Source: a virus
Length of the DNA: 64,000 bases
Virus record (IMG/VR): IMGVR_UViG_3300022935_000010
Location: 32,001 to 96,000 of that record
Reading direction: 5' to 3' (one strand)
The number at the start of each line of letters is the position of its first letter. The stretch's first letter is position 1. Shown here piece by piece: positions 56,537-64,000 of the stretch. The position numbers and the translations under genes are program-made. Below the pieces are notes generated by a model. The model did no database searches, had not been told where the DNA came from, and worked only from the letters and a program-made list of their open reading frames with translations.

Positions 56537-59500
56537 ATGCCAACAACCTTTTTCTATATCAATACAGCAGCACTTGACTCCTTTGGGGATGTTTGGTGTG
56601 TGGGTCGTGACCTAACCAAGTATGACGGCGAAAGCTGGGACTATTACAATTATCAGAATTCTGTGGTTCCTAGCAACTCACCATATTTTCTAGACACAAG
56701 GTCAATTTCAATTGATAATGAGAACAGCAAGTGGGTTGGATGTGCAGTAACTGCTTCACTTTCACAGGACCTTGTTTTTGTTGCGAAAGGTAGCCAAGCA
56801 GCAACTGGTACAAGCTGGAATCTAAGCCAGTTTGGTGATTATTCTTTGCAATCACCTAACTGGGAAGTACCAACAATTTACGCAAGTCCTTATTCTGAGG
56901 AGGTCATTGCATTTATATCTCCTCTCAATGGTGGTGCAGGGACAGGGGGAACCGGAAATACAGGTGTTACTGGAGGTTACCTTTGGAGATATGATAAAGT
57001 GGCAGAAGAATGGAGTGAGGTTTCTCCTGGATATACTTGGCCCCACATTTATGAAATCACTGCAAAAGGTGATAACGGAGATTACTTTGAATATTATTTG
57101 AGTACTAATGATGGATTACAAACTATACCACAGGGTAATTTGGATCCTATTACTTTGGATAATGGTGAGCTTGCAATAAAGCAGATGAACAAATTTAATT
57201 CGCTTACATCTGGAATAGGTGGTGACACGGTTTATAGTGTTTCCTTTGATGAAGATGGTAATTATTGGGCAGGTACCGAAAATGGTATTACCTACTGGGA
57301 TGGCAAGAAATTCTATAACTGGAATGTTGCTGGAGCAGATGGTGTAACTAAGGTGGTAGCCAGGAAAAATGGACATGTATTCTTTAGGATAGGAAATCCA
57401 TTTGATCAGCCCTCAACTTCTAATGGATTCTATCATTTTAATGGTAGCACATTTACTCATCTAACATCTTCAAACACAAATCTTCCGGATAATAGAGTTA
57501 TCCAGCTGATGAAAGTTGAAGAGAAATCAAATGCTGGCTCGCTTAAAATTTACGAGGACGATCTTTGGATCGTGGCTGGAAATAATATTTGTTTGTTTGA
57601 TTACACGATGCCACATATTTACGGTACATCTAAATACACAGGTACAACAGGTTGGAATTTCGTTTATTATACCCATACAACGGAAGGCGGGACTACAGAT
57701 ACTGCTAGATTACCAAAAGCAGACAAATATACATGGAAGTATCCAACGTGGAGAGGATATGATAACGAATACCTCAAGAACCAACATCCCGGTTTGGACC
57801 CAAGGAATTTATTTCTAGAAACAGATTTCAAGGATATTGCAAGTGGAGTTGCTGGAAGACAACCGTATTGGAACGATGGAGTTATTCCAGAATACGATCA
57901 AGTCGAATTAGCCAAACTTATTCCTGATGCTGAGTGGTTAATAGATACCACGTCATTTACTGTCACCTCAACTTCAAGGTACAAGCATTACAATATTGTA
58001 ACGGGTTATTCCTCAGAGTCATCAATTAACTTTGGGGGGAAAAATAACCTTGAGCCCAATTATACTGTAAGTAATCCAAATCCTACAAACTTTGCTGGCG
58101 GAACTGGTGATTTAGGATTTGTTGCTCTCTATACGGATGGTGGACAAGTGAAGAGTGTAATTCCGTTCAGAGGATTTGGTACAAGAGTTTATAGTGCTGT
58201 CCCAGCGGTAGACAATTCTTCGATCTTTGTTCTTGGTACGTTCAAGAAATTTATTGAGGCAAGGGAACTGGTTTACTCTAGTAAATATCCAGGTGCATCT
58301 GCTATGACTGTAACTGGCATAACCGGACCAACTGGTGGTCCTGTTGGATTCTCAAACATTGCTACTCCTGGTTTAACTGCATCTGCGTCTTCAGAATACG
58401 GATGGATCTTAAATGGAGCAACTGGGGCAACTTCTGGGATATTTTTGCCAGAAACCTCTATATTAAGCGATACTGAAGCAATATTCATTGCTGAGGTCGA
58501 GGCTGATCTTGGGAACAAGGTTAGTTACGGTGACATGGATTTTTCCTCTGATACCTCTCCTTTAAATCAATTCTCGTTGAAGAACTTTAGATATTTCCCT
58601 GGTGCAAGTGGTAGTTTTGATCCATCAGGTGTAATAGATGCTAATTTTTCTCCGCCTTCGGAAATAGTCAATTTAGCCCTTTCAATATCTAACAATTCAG
58701 TAAGAGTAACATCTAATTATATCGGTGGAATATCAACTCTAAAAGATGGATGGTTAGATCTAAGTGATTTACCGAATTCATCCCCCTTTGTTTTTTCAAG
58801 TAAGGACGGCGGAACCTACGATAGGAGTGGTAGTGTGATAGACCTAGATTCAGGTCTTTCTCTTAGAAATGCTTATGGTGTAGGATTGACTGGTAATTCA
58901 ACTTCCAGTCTGGATGGAATTTCATCTCTTGAAAACTCTTTGACTTATTTGCTCTTTGGTACTTCGACAAGGGATGTTATTTCTAGAGGGATAACTTTCA
59001 CACACCCAAACCCCGGGTATTCTTATCCATTTTTTATTCTGAATGATTTTAATCACTCACCTTTAACTGGAGCTTTTGTTAAAAATTCAGGGGGTACTGG
59101 ATCTGGATATACTTCTTGGTATAATACAATATCTGGGTATAAGTCTGGTAATCAGTATTATTTGAATTCCCTTTATACTGATTCACCAACACTTTCTCCA
59201 GCTTCTCCTTCTGGAGTACTTTCTGACATAGGAACGTCAGGCGGAGCTAATATGCTTACAATATCTCTTAAGCCTGGTGGTACTTACATGATGTTATCTT
59301 CTTCTGAAGTTCTCCCTGAAAGTTATGGAAGTCCTTATCTATCATCAATTAGTGACCAAAGCGATGCATTGCCTGACGGTGATCAGTACACGGCAATATA
59401 TTATCCACAGACTGCTGGAGTGACTGGCGGAGGTCATAATATAATAAAGAGAAATGTTACTGGGACAAGTATAGATTCGTTCTCAACTTTTGGACAAGGA

Positions 59501-60205
59501 AATACTGGGGACCAGAGCAGATTAAGGATGTATGTTGGCCATCGTATGGATTTATTTGTAGCTGGGTCTAGTGCTGGAGTAACAGGGCCTCCTGGATTAC
59601 CATACAGTTCTGCTACTGGATCCTTCGTTTCGTTCTTAGAAAGCTATAAACCAGGTATTGGAAAGGATATGGGTAACATTATTTCTAGAGCTGGTTCTGG
59701 GGCTTGGACTTGGGTAGATGTTCACAATTCAAATTCAGACCTTTTTGTACCTATGTTATCAACTGTTTTCTTAAGTAATTATGATTCTAAGATTTTTGGT
59801 AAGAATAGTAATAGATGGAAATTAACCAATGCACTTACCAACGAAGTACTGCTTGACATAAAAGACATACCTTATTTCATATACACATTTGCACAATCTG
59901 GATATTTTTCGATACAAAATATTGTTGAGGATTGTGAAGGTAACGTTTATGAAATATCAAAGCCAGCTTTTGTAAAAGTTGTCGACCAAACGGTTCCTGT
60001 ACCTTCGGATCCAAATCCAGATTATGTAAATTCTGCTGATTATGGTTACAGAAAACAAACTAACTATAACAACACACAGGAATACGAGGATCTAAGCAAA
60101 GATCTAAGTGAGGAACAAAAAAAGATCATGCTAGAAAACATGATCCAGTTTGGATCTTCCCTAATTATCAGGGATAATCCTGATGCAACTTTTGATCAAT
60201 TCTAA
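56537..60205 (+). CDS. Virion structural protein with beta-propeller repeats (putative receptor-binding/baseplate accessory)
   Basis: Repeated D..G..W.G...GL..YDG..W..YN..NS.LP blades (two-component-regulator-propeller-like); GATAAATA at 56522-56529. Confidence 0.65.
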   Translation: MPTTFFYINTAALDSFGDVWCVGRDLTKYDGESWDYYNYQNSVVPSNSPYFLDTRSISIDNENSKWVGCAVTASLSQDLVFVAKGSQAATGTSWNLSQFGDYSLQSPNWEVPTIYASPYSEEVIAFISPLNGGAGTGGTGNTGVTGGYLWRYDKVAEEWSEVSPGYTWPHIYEITAKGDNGDYFEYYLSTNDGLQTIPQGNLDPITLDNGELAIKQMNKFNSLTSGIGGDTVYSVSFDEDGNYWAGTENGITYWDGKKFYNWNVAGADGVTKVVARKNGHVFFRIGNPFDQPSTSNGFYHFNGSTFTHLTSSNTNLPDNRVIQLMKVEEKSNAGSLKIYEDDLWIVAGNNICLFDYTMPHIYGTSKYTGTTGWNFVYYTHTTEGGTTDTARLPKADKYTWKYPTWRGYDNEYLKNQHPGLDPRNLFLETDFKDIASGVAGRQPYWNDGVIPEYDQVELAKLIPDAEWLIDTTSFTVTSTSRYKHYNIVTGYSSESSINFGGKNNLEPNYTVSNPNPTNFAGGTGDLGFVALYTDGGQVKSVIPFRGFGTRVYSAVPAVDNSSIFVLGTFKKFIEARELVYSSKYPGASAMTVTGITGPTGGPVGFSNIATPGLTASASSEYGWILNGATGATSGIFLPETSILSDTEAIFIAEVEADLGNKVSYGDMDFSSDTSPLNQFSLKNFRYFPGASGSFDPSGVIDANFSPPSEIVNLALSISNNSVRVTSNYIGGISTLKDGWLDLSDLPNSSPFVFSSKDGGTYDRSGSVIDLDSGLSLRNAYGVGLTGNSTSSLDGISSLENSLTYLLFGTSTRDVISRGITFTHPNPGYSYPFFILNDFNHSPLTGAFVKNSGGTGSGYTSWYNTISGYKSGNQYYLNSLYTDSPTLSPASPSGVLSDIGTSGGANMLTISLKPGGTYMMLSSSEVLPESYGSPYLSSISDQSDALPDGDQYTAIYYPQTAGVTGGGHNIIKRNVTGTSIDSFSTFGQGNTGDQSRLRMYVGHRMDLFVAGSSAGVTGPPGLPYSSATGSFVSFLESYKPGIGKDMGNIISRAGSGAWTWVDVHNSNSDLFVPMLSTVFLSNYDSKIFGKNSNRWKLTNALTNEVLLDIKDIPYFIYTFAQSGYFSIQNIVEDCEGNVYEISKPAFVKVVDQTVPVPSDPNPDYVNSADYGYRKQTNYNNTQEYEDLSKDLSEEQKKIMLENMIQFGSSLIIRDNPDATFDQF

Positions 60206-60834
60206 TTGTAAGAATATAGAAGCCTAAGTACCTCGTCAATTGACTCGTGCCTATGGTTGTCCTTTAGGGCAATATTATACACGTACATGGAGTCTTTTAG
60301 TTTGGGTACTTCGTGAATTGCTGAGTCATTTGCAAATTTCAAATCTATCTGCTGGCCATCACCACACAAAATCATTGTGGAATATTTACCAAGCCTACCA
60401 AGAACCATTCCTAGTTGCTGTTTGGTCAGGTTTTGGAATTCATCTACAATAACAACTGCGTTATCAAAAGTTCTTCCTCTAAAGTGGCTTAGAGAAACAA
60501 GCTCAATCACTTCATCTTTTTCTAGCTTTTCTAAATGATCCGCTTTATTGTAAACTTTTCTCATATTCGACCTAATTGGAACTAGCCATGGTTCCATCTT
60601 TTCTTCTAGCGATCCAGGTAGGAATCCATTATCCTCATTAGAAACTGTTGGTCTTGTGATAACTATCTTTTCACATTGTTTTTTGAAAAGTCTATCCAAG
60701 GCTATTTGAACCGCTAAAAGTGTTTTACCACTACCAGCTTTACCTGTTATGAAATTAAATGGGTGTGTAAGTATCTGTGATTTTGCAGATTTTTGCTCCT
60801 CTGAAAGTGTGATTGAGAATTTGTTTTTGTCCAC
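60202..60834 (-). CDS. phoH: PhoH-family ATPase
   Basis: GKAGSGKTLLA, ITRP.V....GFLPG...EKM.PW, RGRTF.NA.VIVDEFQN, RLG..S.MILCGD..QIDL, HRH. Confidence 0.95.
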   Translation of the reverse strand: MDKNKFSITLSEEQKSAKSQILTHPFNFITGKAGSGKTLLAVQIALDRLFKKQCEKIVITRPTVSNEDNGFLPGSLEEKMEPWLVPIRSNMRKVYNKADHLEKLEKDEVIELVSLSHFRGRTFDNAVVIVDEFQNLTKQQLGMVLGRLGKYSTMILCGDGQQIDLKFANDSAIHEVPKLKDSMYVYNIALKDNHRHESIDEVLRLLYSYN

Positions 60835-60845
60835 TGAGTTTGTTT

Positions 60846-61607
60846 TTATTTGTTATAGGTGATTTTCCACCCGTAGTTATCGACAAGATCCCTTAGCATA
60901 GGACTTTTAAGATGCTTGACCTGGTCAAAGAGATTGTGTTGATCGCTTCCATTTTTAAATTTAGCTGAGCTTTTTCTGAGAATGTATCCGTGATAGTGGC
61001 TTGCAAAGAAAGATAACCATAAATCCTCTATAAACCAATATTTCTCTGGACATTCAAAGAGTTTTTTGTGCGAGAATATTTCCAGGTCACAAACCATGCC
61101 ACCAGTACCACAATAATCTACGGGTTCTCCCCCAGCAACGTTTACTCTATTGGCTGCACCATAATAGTTTAGTGTTTTAATCCTCCAAGCCCATTGGGAT
61201 GATATTTCACCTTCCCTGGATTCTTTTATAAATATGTCTAGAGAATCTTTTCCAAATGTTTGGTCGTCGTCTACGAATACACAAAAATTCATAAATCCCG
61301 AATTTTTAAGAATGTGTCTTGCAAAATAGAATCTTCCGAATCCCCCTAGATTTTCACTGCTGTGGTATATGGTACATGGGAATTTTGAATTTTCTTCTAA
61401 TATTTTTTGGAACAGACCTGACTTTTCTTTGTTGTTATTCCATACATGAAGATGGAAGTTTTTAAAGTCTTGGTTGTTTAGCTGTTGTACTACATGGAGA
61501 AACCCTTCTTCCCTTTGCCAAGTACACATGATTACTGGAAGTATATGTGAGTCTGTGTTTTTGAGATCAGTATTTATATGTACAAGGTTTCCCTCTTCTA
61601 AGAGCAT
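60846..61607 (-). CDS. Glycosyltransferase family 2-like protein (start probably ATG 61607)
   Basis: VIMCTW.R, WNN, N.GGFGRF, FVDDD (DxD), DYCGTGG, EDLWLS. Confidence 0.75.
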   Translation of the reverse strand: MLLEEGNLVHINTDLKNTDSHILPVIMCTWQREEGFLHVVQQLNNQDFKNFHLHVWNNNKEKSGLFQKILEENSKFPCTIYHSSENLGGFGRFYFARHILKNSGFMNFCVFVDDDQTFGKDSLDIFIKESREGEISSQWAWRIKTLNYYGAANRVNVAGGEPVDYCGTGGMVCDLEIFSHKKLFECPEKYWFIEDLWLSFFASHYHGYILRKSSAKFKNGSDQHNLFDQVKHLKSPMLRDLVDNYGWKITYNK

Positions 61608-61672
61608 GTTTATGTGTTTGAAAATAGTTTGATATATATTCGAAACTAAAGAAATCAAAATAATTACAACAA

Positions 61673-62563
61673 ATGGCTACAGTAAATACTACTTCCATTC
61701 TTGGCTCTGATTCGATTTCTGCATCGAGAACAACGATTAACTCCAATTTTTTGACACTTCAAAATTGGATTAACAATTACAACACTGTTTTCGGTCTAGA
61801 TACGGTTAACGGAATTATTAACTTAACTGGTGCTTCAACCGGTCGGGTTTCGGCTAAAACTGGAAAGTTCGATTCAATCATTGTTCCGAGTGGAGGTACA
61901 GCATTAGCACAAATTAATTCTTCCGGTGCAGGTTCTTTCTCTTCGGTTTCTACAACAAACCTAACAGGGAGTGGGACTATCACGTTTGGTGCTGGTAGCA
62001 CTTTAACACAAGCGGGAACTTCTACATTCTCTGGATCAACAACATTGAGTGGATCTACTACCCTTAATAATACTATGACCCTAGGTCCAGTAGGTAACTT
62101 TGCTTCTCAGAACTCTGTTGGAGCAAGCGGAGCTACTGCAGGTACTGCATTTCCGTCTTCTGCAACAGGAGGCGGTGGCGGTAGGGGAACCTCATCTGCA
62201 AATCCTTATGTAATTACAGCCCAAGAGGATGTGATCTACGCACAATGTTCTTCTGGATTCTATATGAGTGTTGGTACTAATGGAGCAACTGCAGCAAACT
62301 TACCAGCAGGACTTAGAATTACGATCGTGAATACCGAATCTTCGGCTGGTTCGATTAAGACCGGTGTTCAAGGATCAAATTACACGGGTTTTAATACTGC
62401 AAGTGGTTATGGTGAATTCCCATCAACTGGAATTACAGTAGATGCAAATAGACCTTATCAATCCTCTGTACAACTACAATGGGAACCTAGAATAGGAAAG
62501 GGTGTGGGAAGCCAAGAAGGATCTTGGATAGTTCTCGGATCTTCAAATATGTCTTGGTCGTAA
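61673..62563 (+). CDS. Gly/Thr/Ser-rich virion structural (fiber-like) protein
   Basis: I.GSDS.SASR.TINSNF N-terminus typical of fiber attachment regions; GATATATA at 61631-61638. Confidence 0.65.
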   Translation: MATVNTTSILGSDSISASRTTINSNFLTLQNWINNYNTVFGLDTVNGIINLTGASTGRVSAKTGKFDSIIVPSGGTALAQINSSGAGSFSSVSTTNLTGSGTITFGAGSTLTQAGTSTFSGSTTLSGSTTLNNTMTLGPVGNFASQNSVGASGATAGTAFPSSATGGGGGRGTSSANPYVITAQEDVIYAQCSSGFYMSVGTNGATAANLPAGLRITIVNTESSAGSIKTGVQGSNYTGFNTASGYGEFPSTGITVDANRPYQSSVQLQWEPRIGKGVGSQEGSWIVLGSSNMSWS

Positions 62564-62580
62564 TAAAAAAATTAGAGTAA

Positions 62581-64000
62581 ATGGCAAAAACTCCATTTAT
62601 AAGACCTCTTCAACTACAGGGCGGAACTTTTTACGCATTTTCTTCTGCTGCTGAAGATCTGTCTTTTACGTTTAATAATTCGGTAAATAAGTTTAAGTTT
62701 TCCAAGTTTGCCTTGCTAAATATCCCAGATATCAATTCTGGGGATCCTTTAGGAAATAGTATAAAGCTTAATGCTCCTGATAGTGCTTTCCTTGATTATG
62801 CAACTAGCGCTGGGAATATTATTACTGGAAATGCAAATACCGATTTTTCTCAGAGCTTCCAAAGCTATTGTCTAAACTTTGAAACAACGGTATTAAGTTC
62901 GGATGTTTATAATTCAGACCTAAAGCAAAACATCTCCGAAAGGGTGTTTTTCAAATGGCTGAAGGAGGTAGGAGCCATAAGATATCAGCCTGCTGCATCA
63001 AGTCAGGTGGTTTCAACACTTGACCAGAATGTAGTAACTACTGTTAACGGCCTTCCATCTACTCAAAAAAGATATGTTGAAGGAGATCCCTCCGGAGGTA
63101 CTGGATCCTATGGCCTTTCTGGATCCACTTATAATAGGGTAGTCCAATATATTGGTAATCTGGATATAGTAAACTCTGTAAAAAACAATAACAACACATA
63201 TTCTGAAGTCTATGTACATGTTCCTACCAAGGATGGGAATACTCCTACTGTACTTTTTAAAAATGTTGTGGATGAAAATTATTATCCTGACTATCAGTGG
63301 ACTAATAACCCTTCAGACCCTCTAGATAAGGAATATTTGACTGGAAGGTCTTACGATGAGCTCAATCCAAGCGGCCTTACAAACCTTGCAATATTCGACG
63401 ATGACGTTTTAGGATCTCCGTCAGTAACTTTTAGCGATACTACAGATGGAACCACTGGGAGTGGTAACTGGTATTCGCCAAGGGATACAGCAAACACATA
63501 TTTCACAGACTCTTCATTCACTGACCCAACTGCCCTGATTCTTGAAAAATCAGTTTCTGGTGCAACTGCTGGAGTAGGATACCAAAAATATGTAAGAACT
63601 AAACTCGATTCTGTTGGGATAGACTTTGATCCTGATTCATATAAACAGATTGTTGATGACGCATCAATTTCAACTTTGGAAGAATTTAATTCAACCTCAA
63701 TCTCTGAGGATTTCGAATTTAATGCGGTTCTTATTTATTATGATGTTTATGACCCAGCGGATCCAAATAATTCTTCTACAAACCTTTACGGTGTACTTTT
63801 CCTAGATGATGTACAAACTTCAGGAACGGATGTTTATAGCATTCCAAGATTCCAAAAGTACAAGCCAAATATTGTTACTAAACTAAACGGTAATTCCTAC
63901 GGCTTGAAGCTGAATATTAAGTTTGATGTTGACATAGATCAGACTGGTGTGGAACAAGCAATAAACGATTACTCTCCATTCTCTTTAACAATGTTTATGG
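62581..64000 (+). CDS. Large structural protein, 3'-truncated by window edge (absent from the ORF track)
   Basis: Frame open from ATG 62581 (MAKTPFIRPLQLQGGTFYAFSSAAEDL..FSKFALLNIP) to the window end; same operon as 61673. Confidence 0.75.
   Translation, partial: MAKTPFIRPLQLQGGTFYAFSSAAEDLSFTFNNSVNKFKFSKFALLNIPDINSGDPLGNSIKLNAPDSAFLDYATSAGNIITGNANTDFSQSFQSYCLNFETTVLSSDVYNSDLKQNISERVFFKWLKEVGAIRYQPAASSQVVSTLDQNVVTTVNGLPSTQKRYVEGDPSGGTGSYGLSGSTYNRVVQYIGNLDIVNSVKNNNNTYSEVYVHVPTKDGNTPTVLFKNVVDENYYPDYQWTNNPSDPLDKEYLTGRSYDELNPSGLTNLAIFDDDVLGSPSVTFSDTTDGTTGSGNWYSPRDTANTYFTDSSFTDPTALILEKSVSGATAGVGYQKYVRTKLDSVGIDFDPDSYKQIVDDASISTLEEFNSTSISEDFEFNAVLIYYDVYDPADPNNSSTNLYGVLFLDDVQTSGTDVYSIPRFQKYKPNIVTKLNGNSYGLKLNIKFDVDIDQTGVEQAINDYSPFSLTMFM

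Noticed and set aside
60202-60834. phoH as a novel auxiliary gene
   Set aside because: phoH is very common in large aquatic phages; only its inverted position in the tail cluster is mildly notable.
1203-63219. Many short antisense or alternate-frame ORFs in the track (e.g. 1203-1475, 6054-6386, 21594-22007, 63013-63219)
   Set aside because: They lie within long, motif-bearing genes and have no recognisable motifs or promoters; treated as shadow ORFs.
1-64000. Stop-codon reassignment (TAG or TGA), as in some large Bacteroidota phages
   Set aside because: Code 11 gives near-complete coding density with intact conserved genes; TAG and TGA both end genes at sensible boundaries (e.g. 908, 11185, 306, 17211).

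Overview
This window is a gene-dense, AT-rich segment of a large T4-like (myovirus-type, probably jumbo) dsDNA phage genome in the standard genetic code. The likely host is Bacteroidota, judged from TAnnTTTG promoters, A-rich leaders without Shine-Dalgarno sequences and Bacteroidota-type genes. Head genes include gp4, gp2, two tandem full-length gp20 portal paralogs, a gp21 protease fused to a scaffold with 13 x 14-aa repeats, and gp23. Replication and repair genes include ligase, clamp-loader subunits, RNase H/FEN, Fpg/Nei, a 3'-5' exonuclease and a UvsE homolog lacking its catalytic residues. Nucleotide and sugar enzymes include Gmk, a dNMP kinase, AsnB, an HldE-like kinase, a Nudix hydrolase and three glycosyltransferase-like genes. 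The neck/baseplate/tail module (gp53, gp27, gp5, gp13, gp25, gp6, gp7-like, PKD and propeller proteins) has a ribosomal protein S1 homolog and an amidoligase inserted in it; phoH lies on the minus strand. The most notable signals read from the sequence are: (1) the duplicated portal; (2) three promoter classes (host-type TAGTTTTG, GAAACTT-N16-TAnAA, and late GATAWATA); (3) late promoters sitting inside hairpins that end at or cover the start region; (4) an internal late promoter and in-frame ATG that could give a nested scaffold gene; (5) a family of proteins with a T4 capsid-targeting-like motif plus [ILV]xE cleavage sites, including a nucleotidyltransferase. All protein assignments come from motif recognition by eye, without database searches.
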